Positions 1-13,521 of a stretch of 48,333 bases of DNA are shown piece after piece (within the stretch, counting starts at the first letter, position 1; the number at the start of each line of letters is the position of its first letter). Made by a program: the position numbers and the translations under genes. Source of the DNA: Octopus sinensis (Eukaryota); contig NW_021834442.1 of the NCBI RefSeq assembly GCF_006345805.1, positions 1 through 48,333 of the forward strand, read 5' to 3'. The notes under the pieces are model-generated. The model saw only the letters and a list, made by a program, of their open reading frames with translations, made no database searches and was not told where the DNA came from.

Positions 1-466
1 ATCTTTCTTTGATCACTCAATTTCCAAGAAACAGGAAGTAAATTTATCGCAAATAATACGTAGTATTTCAAAAAAGGAAGGACCCATTTGCATAATGTAG
101 TCTTTAATTCATTTCGTTCTTTTATTTTTATGACGGAATGGTTAAACGGCTTTCATCATCAGTCTCCCCGATCAAGGATGATTTTAAAGTTAAACAACAT
201 GTGTATGAGTGCGTACGATGCCATCAGTGGTATCGATCCTGCCTATTGTGTGCTCTTTGGTGTTTATTTTGCTAAACCAAAGATTAGGAACACAGACTTT
301 CAACGTCTGCAGGTGATATTCAAGATAATAGAACGCAATTAAGCATTGTAATGCTGGAAGTTTGTTCGCCGTTCTTGTAGGTAATCTGTTTTATGAATTT
401 CATTTTTAGTCTATCTGGCACGAAATGTGTTACTATTAGATATATTCATCTTCTTTATAGTCTTAC

Positions 467-552
467 CAATTTCTTTTAAATCTTGCGTTGCATGTTTATG
501 ATGTTGCAAAACTCTATTTTTAGGGGTGCATACGGTTTGTTGTGCAATACTT
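467..552 (-). other. Candidate internal exon of an unidentified host gene
   Basis: On the minus strand an 86-nt segment lies between a strong acceptor (ttttcttttgcttcacag) and a strong donor (TTG|gtaaga). One frame is open (SIAQQTVCTPKNRVLQHHKHATQDLKEI). No recognisable homology and no partner exon identified. Confidence 0.3.
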
Positions 553-3318
553 CTGTGAAGCAAAAGAAAATTTAACTGAAAATATTCATATTCTGTTCTG
601 GGTACGTTCCGCATTTTGTACCCCGCCAGAACCAGCAAAATAAAAAAAAAACATGTTTTCGGGTTTCTTATTTTTTCGATCATATAGATATAGTTTTGTT
701 ATTTGATGTCAAATATTTTCCTAAATATGAAAAATCCTTTAAACCTATCAGTACTCTTAGGGAAATGAAGGAAGGACACATTTGCTAATGCAGTCCTGCA
801 TACCTCAAAACAACATAATAAACGTAGCTGAAACGATTTTGCTTAAGAAGCGTTAACAGAGGACTACATAACTATATACTAGTGAAATGATCTCAAACCA
901 ACAAGATTTGAAATAAAAGCAGTATGTTGATGAACTCATATAGTGAAGTCGTCATTATAGAGCTCAACTGTCTTAGCCATCTCAACCGCTCTAACTAGTA
1001 CTAATCAATTTCTAATATTGGGGCAAGTTTTCAGATTGTCAAATCACAAAACTATATATCTAAATACGAGCAATAACGGCATAAGTGAATTAGTTTCAGA
1101 TATCGCTCCTTCCCTAGTTGCTTATATCTTTTTTATTTTAAGTTGAATAAATATTTGCAAGGCAGAGAAAATACTTAACTAGAAATGTTCTAATAAATTG
1201 CTGTAACTAATTTTATGGCTATGGGAAATATCATAAATAAGTGGGTCGGGTCTTTTGAAGTAGAATCCGAGAACTAGTGGTCGGTGTCGGCAAATACTAA
1301 GTACAAAAAGTTTGGAAAATTGTGTGAGTTTGTTTCTCCTGTTTCCATGACTGACAAGAGTCATGCGAAAAGCGATCTGGCATCAAAGCTCTACTCTTTT
1401 TTTACATCAAATCAACACATTCTACTTTCTGAATTGCTTTGTTTTTATTCTTTTACTCGTTTCAACGTTTGAGTAACGATCATTCCTGGACATAACCTTC
1501 GAATATTTCAAGAGCTAATATCAAACACCAGTACTTTTTTGTAGTATCTTCGTCGTCCTTTGAAGGAGGAACGAGCTGGTTGAAACTGGTAGGTTTTAAG
1601 CTTAAAACGTAAACGATCATTACCAAACACTACAAACTATTCCATCGAACTCTCTAACGTTTTTACCAATCCACCATACTCACAAATGTATGCAAAGGAA
1701 AAAAAAACAGTTTCAGTATGACGCTCAATAATAAAGATTTACTAATATTTCTTCAAAAATACATGGAATAATAGTTAGCTATGGTGTATGAAATAGGAAA
1801 ATCATACAAATCGAATTCGTTTGTGAAATGATCATTTACAAAATTAGGATTAATATTTTATTCGAAATATTTACACATCATAGCGAATAGCTACTTTCTA
1901 GCTTTTGTAGCATTAGATTACATGCTGGTATATTAAAAATAACAATATTCTGTCATTAGTTTCGATAGTTGTCCTTCAAGATTTGGTGATTTGTAGGAAG
2001 TAGAGGGATGCAGCAGAGTTACAACAGAACAACTATTCAATTGGCCTCTAGAAGGAACCTTTACATGGTCACTAGACGTGTTAAAATACGGTTTTAACTC
2101 TCAATCAAATCGTACACCAACATATTAAAAAGTTGAAAGAAAGGATAAATTGAATAATACATTTCTAGATACACCGTTTCTAAAATATTCAAAGGTGGGT
2201 TGATTGCAGCTGGATCGACTTTGAACAAGGCTGACCTTGACTTGTTCATTAGATTAGAACAATTCAAAGTAAAACAGGTATATAGTTACGACCTTGAGAG
2301 TGAGTCTGCTGCTCATCAAGGTCATACAAACGCAATATACATAATTAGAGAAATGTTAACTCGGAAAAAATTATCTTGAATTTTAGAATAAAGTAATTTT
2401 GTAAAATGAATAGTCGAGTTCTAATCAAATCATTTCCAGTATTAATTTATGTTATCCGTGGACAAATGCCCAATCTGCACTAAAATGTTGATAAAGGTTC
2501 ATAATTTATTCCCACAATTAAATGCAGAGTTCTTATAAACCAGCAATTAAATCTGAACGCAATTCAACTCTAAATCAGAATTAATCTGCTTATGTCAATA
2601 ATATGTGTAAATTTTAGTTTCTGGATCACGGTCAAGGTAAAATTAACAGAAGCTACAAATATTTTAAGATATTAATCCTATTATCACACTGTTTCACTTA
2701 TATGATTACTCACAGGCTACTTATAAACGAATATAAAATATTGTTTTACTGTATTCACCTTGATAAAGGTCCCAGTTTGCATAAGATTTTCACGAGTGTT
2801 TTTTTAACATTTACATTTATGAGAACAAAGCCAAGTATTATGGTAGATTGCATATCAGTATCGTCAAATTAAACCCTGGCCCTCCCATTGACTAAAACTG
2901 TTTACAGAATTATTTCACAAAATTCTCTTGAAGATGAATGATTAAAATGTACACATGTATTTATGAATATTTACTTTATATGTTAAATAATGCATTTATA
3001 TATTTAAAAAAACCTGCAGCACAACATTAATTGAACTCTATTATATATTTATTTTTCCATGTCTAAATTGACATGATATTTGTAGATTTCTAAGCTTGCC
3101 CTCAAGGTCGTGTGTATTTAATTGTTTCGTTTTAAATAGTAACAGCAGCTTTTATCGGTAGCTGATTGTGATCCCCAATCTTCATTTTAGTACAAAATAT
3201 ATTTTGTTCGTACATAAAATACTTGTTTCTTGAACGTTTACGGTAGTTGGTTAACAGTTTAGATATAAATAGATCACCGTAAATATAAAAAAAAAATTTG
3301 ATGTGCGAGTACACACAT

Positions 3319-3320
<2 letters not shown>

Positions 3321-3369
<49 letters not shown>
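3321..3369. repeat. (CA)n microsatellite
   Basis: Direct: long AC dinucleotide run. Confidence 0.95.
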
Positions 3370-3379
<10 letters not shown>

Positions 3380-4139
3380 CATACGCACTCACGGTTTTAC
3401 ATGTGTGCACGTATATGTGTCTGTGTATGTATATAAATACACACACACACATGATTGCATCCGGTAGTAGGGTCCTGGTACGGGAGTTCCATGGTTTTGA
3501 GGAGTGTGGAACCACCGCTTAGCTACTATTATTCCAAGGTCTCATTTGACCCGGAATAGTAACATATGTCAGGATATAAGTCAACTAGTGTGTGATGCAG
3601 AAATACCCTTGGTTGGTGTCAGGGCGTGCAATAGGACTCCCGTGTGTGAGGGACCCTCTTTTTCTTTTCCTCTCTTTCGTTGCTCACTCGTGACATTCGT
3701 CCATTTTTCTTGTCCTCACGTGACCATCGTTCTTTTCATGCACGACGTTCTAAGGATTGGACGTCTTCTATCTCTCTCCTCTGTCTTTTCTCTTTACAAA
3801 GAAAATATTCCTCCCAGGGTTCACTATTTCTTCTCATTCTGGTTTAACGACCCTCCATGTTTGTTTTCGTTCGGTTTCCTTGTATGTCTCCACTGTCCTG
3901 GTTTTGTTCCCAACTTTGATCCTCCATAAATGCCAAATTTTATTTTAGTATTTATGGAGAGACTCATATTGTCGTTGAATACTCGAAATGAGGAGTAGAC
4001 AGACAGCCGACAACTGATGAAGGGTCGTTATTTGTGTTACTCGTCCTGTTTTCCATTTGTTTCTCTCGTTGTTTGCGTATTTAACTCGTTTGTTTTCGTA
4101 CTTCATGTTGTTTAGAGATTGGTGACTTCCTGTACCCAT

Positions 4140-4152
4140 GTATGCATATCTA

Positions 4153-4195
<43 letters not shown>

Positions 4196-4200
4196 ATATT

Positions 4201-4257
<57 letters not shown>

Positions 4258-4308
4258 ATGTATGTATGTATGTATGTATGTATGTATGTATGTATGTATG
4301 CATGTATG
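4140..4308. repeat. Compound microsatellite (ATCT)n-(AT)n-(ATGT)n
   Basis: Direct: consecutive tetra- and dinucleotide runs; source of the junk ORF 4119-4427. Confidence 0.95.
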
Positions 4309-4397
4309 TGGGGGAGTGTAGAACTTTGCTTTTAGCATTCTCTCGAAATTTGTACTTTCGCATAAAAGTTCTTTGCAGTTTTTATATTTCTTTTATT

Positions 4398-4735
4398 TTT
4401 TTATCTTTTACTTGTTTCAGTCATTAGACTACGACCATGCTGGGGCAATGCCTTTAAGATTTTTTTGTCGAACCATTCAACTCCTGTGCTTATTTTTTAA
4501 AGCCTGCTACTTTTTTATCCTTTTTTTGCCAGACTGTTAAGTTACGTGGACATAAACACACCAACAGCGGTTGTCAAGCGGTGGTGGGAGAAAAACAGAT
4601 ACACACACACACACACACATAAATATACAACAGGCGTCTTCCAGTTTCCGTGTACCAAATCCGCGCACAAGGCTTTGGTCGGCTCCAGGCTATAGTAAAA
4701 GACACTTGCCCAAGGTGTCAAGCAGTGGCATCCAC
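4398..4735 (-). mobile_element. SINE family 1 (tRNA-derived, CORE-like), head degraded
   Basis: Reverse complement of the full copy at 29614-30020: shares gacacttgcccaaggt, the internal (CA)n and the 3' end tttacttgtttcagtcat. Confidence 0.85.
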
Positions 4736-4822
4736 GCCTACACCGAAATTTGAAGTCTGACTCTTAAATTTCTACATCATCAGTCATCCTAGTGTTTTGT
4801 TTTTGTTGTTTTTTATCTTCAA

Positions 4823-5216
4823 ACTAGCAGTATCGCCCGGCGTTGCTCGGGTTTGTAAGGGAAATAACTATATAAGCATGTTTAGAGATGTAAAGTATAA
4901 TAGCCATCTCAATATGGCTAACCACAAAGGGGGGTGTTACTATAGCTGTTTACGTTCTGAGATTTAATAATACATTTTTAGAGAGTTACTTCCCTTATAT
5001 AATAGCAAAAAAATGCATTAAAAATGGGAAAAAATTATGGTAATTTTTTTTTAAATCGTAGACTCATCGTAGACGCGCGCTAATACCCAGAAGGGCTCGA
5101 TATGAATCACGACTATAAGATACCCGGTTTTGGTTAAACTGCGCCACAAAATGTGGGAGTAGTTAGGAATCTAAATCATAAGAGACAGACACACAACTTC
5201 ACTTTTATATATATAA
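4823..5216 (+). mobile_element. Non-autonomous Helitron-like element (DINE-1/HINE type)
   Basis: Begins ACTAGCAGTATCGCCCGGCGTTGCTCGGG (subterminal CCCG...CGGG stem) and ends CTTTTATATATATA; no ORF. Family assignment comes from recalled terminal motifs. Confidence 0.55.
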
Positions 5217-5289
5217 TGTATATATGTGTTGTCAATGTTTTCCTGTTTAATTTTCTTTGGTTTTGCATAGTGTAGCGCATTTTATCCTT

Positions 5290-5700
5290 GTTATACGCGC
5301 ATGATGAGGCAGCGGGAGCGATCCACACTCGAATGGCATGTATAATACTTGTAGTCACGAGGTTTACAACTTCCACGTTTGCAATCGAATTCATGAATCA
5401 CATTGTTATTAGCAGATTGTTTGTGGGTTTCTATTCTTCTGGTTTGTTATTAACAAGAATGCTTCTTTTAATATTAACGCTTTTTTGTAATATATTATTA
5501 GTGTTGGTTCATGGCTTTGTGTAATCCAGTTTTTGTTCTATTTTATGAGGTTTTTAATAATATCTTTGATTTATATAATATACTTTATGTGTGGTTTATG
5601 TATTTTTAATAGGCTCAGTGTCTGATGTATTTGTAGCATTGCATCGGTGGCAATATTGTTTTATGTTTGTTCTTTCTATTAGTTTGTTAGAAAACCCGTT
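5290..5700 (-). pseudogene. Possible highly degraded Penelope-like RT-thumb/GIY-YIG remnant
   Basis: Broken minus frames give NGFSNKLIER and IHEFDCKRGSC, reminiscent of the PLE NGYP and YxFxC..C motifs; many stops. Confidence 0.25.
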
Positions 5701-7589
5701 GCTGACAAGAGTTTAATCTATTCTGTGGATATCTTTACCTAGTTCATTGATTGTGGAGAAGAAATGAAAAGCTCTTCTAAGTGGTAAGATACCTGTGTTA
5801 CCACTGAAATTTCGTATGTGATGAGATTCCCTATCACAATGTACATATGTACATTGTAAACTTGTGTATTCGGTGTAAAAGGATATGTATCTGGTATTTT
5901 TCCCTACCTGAATATTTACACACAGAAATGATGCAATTCTATTGCTTTGTATTTGAGTCAAGATGTTCTAGATGTTAAATATTAGTATGGATTTGTTTCT
6001 ATGTCATTCATTAATTTTCACAACGTCTTCCGGCATAACTATTATGACGGATTTTTTTCGTTCACATACTTCTAGCAAATCTTATGTCTTATGTCTATGA
6101 ACATTTCGAATGACCACATACTATATACATATTTTAATGGATTGAGGAACTTTATCGCACCAAACTGCATGGAAGTTACACGAAAATATGAAAAGAATTG
6201 CTAAAGAAAAAGATAAATCAAAAACGCACACTTGTACATACACACGCATGCGTATATAAGTGATAAGAATAAATAATTTGTAGATATAATGAAAATACTT
6301 TTTTCGTGCAAAAGTTTGGCAAAGGCCTCTGCGAAATGAAAGAAATTAAAATATAGAGCCTTAAGCATATAAACACATGAAAAATAGCACAAGCTGAATG
6401 AAAAAAAACCAAGTCAAGGTAGTAAATAAACAGATATATTCTGTACAAATTCATTTCTTGAACAGAGAATCAAAGTTTCAGCAGAAATGTGTGTATAATA
6501 TTATATATAGATATAGATATTATGGACACTACATACTGTATGTGTTTTGTTTATGCGCTCCTCAGCTGTGGGTTAGCGCCAAGAGAAATGTTTCTTTAAG
6601 ACACCGAGTGTGGAAAAGCACGGAATATCTCAAACCAGGTGATATTTCGCTGTATTTTTCAACTCCTCAGCATCAGGTACTAGAGTCACATCAGAATGAT
6701 TTGCGATCCCTAGTTTGTAGCCCACACATGCAAAAGGTACAGAGTGTATTTGTTGATAAACAACAGCGCTGCATAGGGAATAAGACTCTACACTGTATCA
6801 CACTAAATTTCTTCGTTATTATACTTTATATAAATGTTCGCTTAACCTGCAGAAACAACAGAAATTCTGCCCCAAATTAAATCTTATCATTATAAAAAAA
6901 AGAAAGAAAGCACATATTAGATAATACAGCTCTATATGTGAAAAGACGTTGAATTGTCATGGCTGGAGCGCTTTTGATTATAGACCTATTTAATCAAGGT
7001 AAATCTGGGATTAGACAGTAGAAGTAGCAGATGCAGCAGCGACATATATCCACTTGTCACTGTTTCACTGCTCTCATTCAACATCGAATCAACTTACTTT
7101 CTCATCCCTACATTCACATACCAAGATATATATATATATATGGGAAAAATCAAGCTATTTATTATCCAACCAGGGTGTCCCTACACGAACGTTTAAACTA
7201 CTAGATATAGCAGCCAAATCTCCATTAAATCTTAGAGTATAGTCTTAAAACAAAAGAAAAGATCGTATTTGAACCAGAAACTAAAGAAAAAAGAGCAAAG
7301 GTTCAACCATACACACATCCATAATTACCTAAATCCTAAATACACATCCATATGTATATTTTTTACGTAGGAGCACACAGATACACAGATACTAGATTTT
7401 TATGTATTGTAGTTTATCTTCTTCGTCTTTTGATGTATGAAGCAGATATTAAATAACTAACATCCCAAAGTATTTTATAACGTTGGAGTACAAAACAGAG
7501 GGTTAAATATATGCTTTTATATTAGAATGTACTTTGTATTTCATATGAGTTATTATCTGACGAGATATATTGTTTCCGAATTTTGCACG

Positions 7590-7790
7590 AGGCTAGCAAT
7601 TTCAGGGTAGGGGTAGGGGTAAATCGATTACATCGACCCCAGTACTCCACAGGTACTTAATATATCGTCCTTGAAAGATGAAAGGCAAAGTCGATTTCGG
7701 TGGAATTTGAACTCAGAACGTAAGGACAGAAGAAGTGCCGCCAAGCTTGTTGCCAGGCGTGCTAACGATTCTGCCAGCTTGCTGCCTTCT
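7590..7790 (-). mobile_element. SINE family 2 (tRNA-derived)
   Basis: Reverse complement reads tggcagaatcgttagc (A-box-like) ... gttctgagttcaaattcc (B-box) ... gactttgcctttcatc; many related copies occur in the window. Confidence 0.85.
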
Positions 7791-7805
7791 AACGTACTAT
7801 AATAT

Positions 7806-8160
7806 ATTCTTTTCTACTCTAGGCACAAGGCCAGAATTTTCGGGAAGGGGGCCAGTTGATTAGATCGACCCCAGTACGCAACTGGTATTTAATTTATCGA
7901 CCTCAAAAGGATGAAAGGCAAAGTTGACCTGGGCGGAATTTGAACTCAGAACGTAGCGGCAGACGAAATACCTATTTCTATTTCTTTATTACCCACAAGG
8001 GGCTAAACACAGAGAGGACAAACAAAGACAGACAAACGGATTAAGTCGATTATATCGATCCCAGTGCGTAACTAGTACTTATTTAATAGACCCCGAAAGG
8101 ATGAAAGGCAAAGTCGACCACGGCAGAATTTGAACTCAGAACGTAGCGACAGACGAAATA
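7806..8160 (-). mobile_element. Dimeric SINE family 2 unit with internal linker
   Basis: Two tandem gaaaggatgaaaggcaaagt...gaatttgaactcagaacgtagc modules joined by the linker cctatttct...acccacaagggg...gacagacaaac; same architecture at 27654-28035. Confidence 0.8.
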
Positions 8161-8245
8161 GGTATTTCGTCTGTCTTTATGTTCTGAGTTCAAATTCCGC
8201 CGAGGTTGACTTTGCCTTTTATCCTTTTGGGGTCAATAAATTAAT
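8161..8245 (+). mobile_element. SINE family 2 fragment inverted directly against the preceding copy
   Basis: tatttcgtctgtctttatgttctgagttcaaattccgccgagg... is the imperfect reverse complement of about 8088-8160. Confidence 0.8.
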
Positions 8246-8254
8246 TTTAATATT

Positions 8255-8578
8255 AACAAGAGCACTCAGAGAACGCGAACCTCCAGCAAGGCCTCACGAT
8301 TTATAAAATGAGAATATCTCGACTGATCTCACAAACGAGAATAGTAAAAATGAACCTGACCGCTCTCAAAAATTAAGTAAAAAAATAAATGAAAAAATAA
8401 TCCTTGTCCCGTACCAGATCGACCCCAAAATCTAATCAGTTCGTGCCAGTAATGAGGCCAAACATCCCTGAAAGTTTCATCCAAATCCATCCAGCGGTTC
8501 TTGAGATATCTTGCCCACGGACAAACAAACAAACATGACTGAAAACAATACCTCCACCTTCGCTAAGGCGAGTTTAAT
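8255..8578 (-). mobile_element. Helentron-associated non-autonomous element (HINE-like)
   Basis: Minus strand starts ttattaaactcgCCTTAGCGAAGGtggaggt (short hairpin), followed by (GTTT)n and ...atggatttggatgaaactt...; non-coding. Resembles recalled HINE architecture. Confidence 0.5.
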
Positions 8579-9342
8579 AATTCTATATTAAATAATATTA
8601 TTATATCAGCAATATTATTTTTGTTTTTTATCCTTCAGTTATTCTTTTAATGCTTTCATTAATTAGACTGTGGCCATACTAGGGTAATATACTCAAAATT
8701 ACAATCAGTTACTGCAAATCCAATATTTGTTGGAGGTTTTTTGTTGCTTTTTGGGGAGTGTTTTGTTTTTGCTTTAATCTTTGTAGGATGCAAACAAAAT
8801 GGACATGATCTCGATTTAAGTCAGAACAGGAACGGATATGTAAATTCACGTACATTCCAAATATCACACATCACCTTTCACATCAAGCAAGCTTGGTTTC
8901 ATTGCCGGTTCACTCGCTGGTGGTCCGGCCAAGTACATTTTGTGCTAGCTTACATATATACTGGTAACAACACTGGCTATCAGTTACGAGATTACACACG
9001 CACGCATGATCCTAAAATGTGGACGATTAATTATCTAGCAAGTGCAATTCCTACGTAACTAACGTGCCCTTGTTATTCAGCTGACAACGTGCATCATAAT
9101 ACATGCAGTACTGACATTTTTCTTTTGTTACAATAAGAATAATTATATAATTATAAAATGAATGTTTATCACGGGAAGCGCTTGCTGAGTTTTCTAGTGA
9201 AATATTCTTGATCGACAAAGAGAGAAATTCTGAGAAAATTAGTTTTTGATTATGCATCTAATCACAAAAAAAAGCTCTGCAAAGCAAAATTTCTACACAG
9301 TTTTTTGGTTGTTTGTTTTTAAGTTTTATTATTATTACGATA

Positions 9343-9460
9343 TTACTTTCATCCTTTTGGGGTCGATAAATTAAATACCAGCTGCGTAGTGAGGTTGATT
9401 TAATCGACTGGCCTCCGCTCCCCAAATTTCAGGCCTTGTGACTATAGTAGAAAGGATTAT
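9343..9460 (+). mobile_element. SINE family 2, 3' part
   Basis: tttcatccttttggggtcgataaattaaatacc...ggccttgtgactatagtagaaaggattat matches the other family 2 copies. Confidence 0.75.
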
Positions 9461-10149
9461 CATTACGATATTAAGTTTATGTTAAATTTACAATTGTTAT
9501 ATATAATTAATTTATATATACACATAATGTGTGTTAAGTGTGTGTGTTTATATTCGTTCTTATCTCCCACCAACACTCGACAAACGTAACTTAGCGGTTC
9601 GAATAAAGAACCGATAGAATGAGTATTGGGCTTAAAGAATAAGTACTGAGGTCCACTCATTTGACTAAAAATTATCAAGTCTAATGACTGAAACAAGTTA
9701 AAATTAAAAGATAAAAGATATAAATATTGGGATGGACCGGTGGTTGTATGGTGCACGCGAATTAACATTAATGCTCGTACATGGCGTATAAGAAATCAAA
9801 TTCTTGAATCTAGAGACATTTTTGCTGATAATTTTAGTTCATGCACTAAAATCATCTGCAACAAAACAAAATATGTTTTAAACATAAAGATATGCTTTCG
9901 TTTACTTAACTTTCTTTTATTGTTTCCTCTTATGAAATATAGAACAAAGTTTGAGACAGGGTTGCGGTTTTCGAAACGTAAATACGGATTAAAAATCAAG
10001 GCAAATGGTCCGGGTTGTGGTTATTACTCTTAATCTTTGGCTGTTTATATATTATTTTGTTGTCATAATTTTGACAATAAAATTACTCATTAGAACCGAA
10101 CAGAGAATATTGCAATTCTGCAAAAACAAAAAGTTAAAAAGAAAATTAC

Positions 10150-10304
10150 CAGGAGTGGCTGTGTGATAAGAAGCTCCCTTCCCATCCACATGGTCCCGGG
10201 TTCAGTCCCACTGCATGGCAACTTGAGTAATGTCTTCTACTATAGCCTCGAGGTGACCAAAGATTTGTCTGTGAATTTGTTTGACGGAAACTTGAAGAAG
10301 CTTG

Positions 10305-10382
<78 letters not shown>

Positions 10383-11456
10383 CGTATGTATAAATTACAC
10401 ATTGAGAGGCGAGCCACTAAGTGGTCTCCTTACATGCTGAAAAGAGATGTCAAATCCCCAAACCACGAAAATTACATTCTTAGCACGTTAACCGTCGGCG
10501 GGCAAGACAATTCAAAAAATTAAAAAGACCAGTTAGTTCTATACTCCGAAGTTTCACCATTAATAATTTTTAAAAAATATCTGTTGATCTTCAGTAGAAC
10601 CTGCTGGGGATGTATAATTATAAAACTCAAATATATACCATATCCAAAAAGACACACGTTTATATCGAGTGTTACCGTTATACATCGTGAATTCAATTCA
10701 AATGTTTTCAACCAACGCGCCAAGCCAGAATAAGTCAGCAGTGAATCATCTGACTCAAGGATTAAAATATTTAAATATAAATAGATAAGGGTAAAAATTG
10801 CTGATTTATTCTGGTTTGGTGCGTTGGTTGAAGAAATTTTAATTGAATTCACGATGAATAACGATAACACTCAATATGCATGTGCGTCCTTTTGGATATG
10901 GTATATATTTGAGTTTTATAATTATACATCCCCGGCAGGTTCAACTGAGGATCCACAGATAATTTTATTTAATTATTAATGGTGAAACTTCAGAGTATAG
11001 AATTAACTGGTCTTTTTAATTTTTTTTAAATTGTCTTGTCCACCAACAATCAACGTGCTAAGAATGTATTTTTTGTTGTTTGGAGATTTGACATTTCTTT
11101 TTAGCATGTAAGGAGACCGTTTAATGGTTCTACTCTCAGTGTGTAATTTACACACATGTATATGTACAAAAATATTTTATGGTCTACAGACAATTTATTA
11201 CGTATACTGGCCACTGGTATAAATTTTATCTTTAATAATTTTTACTCTTATATATTTATGTGTGTGTGTGTGTGTGTATTTGCCCCCAACCACAGTTTAA
11301 CAATCGGTGCTAGTGTGTTCAAGTCCCTGTAACTTAGTGGTTCGGCAAAAACGGCCGACATAAGTACTAGGCTTTAAAAATTCCTGGAGTCGATTTGTTC
11401 GACTAAAACTTTTTCAAGGAGGTGCCCCAGCATGACTGAAACATGTAAAAGACAAA

Positions 11457-11460
<4 letters not shown>
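10150..11460 (+). mobile_element. SINE family 1 split by an insertion (head 10150-10305, tail about 11258-11460)
   Basis: Head aggagtggctgtgtg...gggttcagtcccactgc and tail gtaacttagtggttcggcaaaa...gactgaaacatgtaaaag are both collinear with 29614-30020. Confidence 0.8.
10381..11160. mobile_element. Fold-back / MITE-like element with about 355-bp inverted arms
   Basis: 10381-10740 is the imperfect reverse complement of 10799-11160 (e.g. ggtctccttacatgct/agcatgtaaggagacc; gatgtataattataaaactcaaatatataccatatccaaaa/ttttggatatggtatatatttgagttttataattatacatc); 58-nt spacer; no ORF. Confidence 0.85.
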
Positions 11461-11521
<61 letters not shown>

Positions 11522-13369
11522 ATATATATACACATTTATTTATTTATTTATTTCTGAAATAATTTTTTCTTTCAGTTTCAAAATTTTTTTTGCTTTACAA
11601 CAAATGGTTTTTACTACTTTGAAAACTCAAATGCTTCCACATGCAAAATGATTTCACTTATCTGTGATCTTCAGACCATAATCAAGAACTTTGTTTTGTT
11701 AAAATAAAATTTCTTAATAATTTCTTAGATTGTGTGAAAATAACTTTGGTTTATTTGGAATAACATGAAATACTCTGAAATATACTTATTTCTATCATTC
11801 GGAAAACCTACAGTTGTAAAAAGAGATGTTTCGTAAGAATGGCAATCAAAACTTCAAATTTTTCTTAGAGTGGTTCGGTAAAGTTTTGTTTTCGGTATTA
11901 TTTTCCACAATTAAAAAATGGTTTTGTCTGCCCTCGTAAGAATTTAGAGTAAAAAGTAATGGATGTATCACTTAAGTAAAGGACAGATTTCAAGAATTAT
12001 GGTATGATGCCTTGATTCAAGCCATGTAAATCAAATATGATAGAAATGGTTCCAAGATTAATTAAACCAGGTAACTTCATTTTTCCCTCTTTTCTTCCTT
12101 CATTCCATTCTTCTTCTTCTTCTTCTTCTTCTTCTCTTCTTCTTCTTCTTGGCACCAGGAAGCTGAGTTAATTCCAATTTCCACTTGGATATTGCCACCA
12201 ACATATTTTGAAATTTTGATCTCGATGAAGAAAGTTTTCCATTGACACTCGAAACAACAAACTCCTACATCCAGACAAACTCGCTTCCCAAATCTCACAT
12301 ACACCCGTAAATATACACCCTTACAATCCTCCACCCGAACAACAAACTTAAAGCTACCCAAATCCCGCCTCCTGCCGACTCAGTGGATTCAATACGTCTT
12401 AGTTTACAGACGCGTGTGCTAATTTGCTGTTAGTATAACAACTGCTAAGATATTATCGATATTACAACACAGCATAGAATCAAAAATAAATTAGGTATAA
12501 TGGTGTGTAGTAATTTGCTTAAATTATATGTAGTCTAGCATTAATAAATTGGAGTATACACACCTTGGAATATATACATAAACATCTGAATTATATGCTC
12601 ATTTTATATATATATATATATATTATATATATATAATATATATATATTATATATATATATATATATATATTATGTAAAACTTGAATTCGCACTCACACAC
12701 ACACACACCCATACAAACACAAACACGAACACACATATACAAATACACACACGAGCGTTAATACACAACGTCTGCCAGTCTGTGAATTGCTATGTATATG
12801 TATATATGTGTTTGACGAGGCATTTAAATGTCTGACCTAGTAAGATGATGGCATGTATCAATTGAGAAACATGTAGAGAAAGAATGAGTAAAGTTTTATT
12901 GATAGAATAGTAATAATTACACAGAAAATATTAGTGATAAAAAAGATGGGATTGTTACTTGTATTGCTACCTGTTTTATTATTGATTATTCTTGTCCTAC
13001 AATGTACGAGAGCTACATATGTGTTCTAGGTAATGGATCTTTTATATTAATAGCTTTCGAATATAACATAACTCTTGTTACCATGGTTATTATAGTCATA
13101 ATAGTTACAATGTTGTTATGAACAATAGGATCATATTAGATTTACTGTTGTTGAATAGTCATCTGCTTTTATAGTGTTTAGTTTTGTAACCTGATTGTTC
13201 TGAGTTCAAATCCTAACAAGTATCGAATATAATTAGCTCTTAAAATAAGTTTACAAAACCTTAGATTGTTAATATATACGGTACTAAGCATAATCTTGCC
13301 TTAGTTTTTTTTCAGTCACATAATCCAAAACTGATTTTGTTCTAAAAAGTTACTTACCCTAATTTAGAG

Positions 13370-13375
13370 TATATA

Positions 13376-13419
<44 letters not shown>

Positions 13420-13472
13420 CAGGTACGTATATATATGTATATACATATATATATATTTATATCTATAAATGC

Positions 13473-13521
<49 letters not shown>

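Noticed and set aside
3960-4060. CTGATGAAGG motif as a hammerhead
   Set aside because: No downstream GAAA closing a stem II, and the upstream GAAA gives no valid stem I or stem III pairing.
5836-5857. 22-nt perfect palindrome acaatgtacatatgtacattgt
   Set aside because: Short, AT-rich and single; no associated structure.
12077-12361. 94-aa ORF with an E/K-rich end, and a possible promoter-like CT-rich region
   Set aside because: The E/K run is translated (CTT)n microsatellite; no supporting homology or clear TSS motif.
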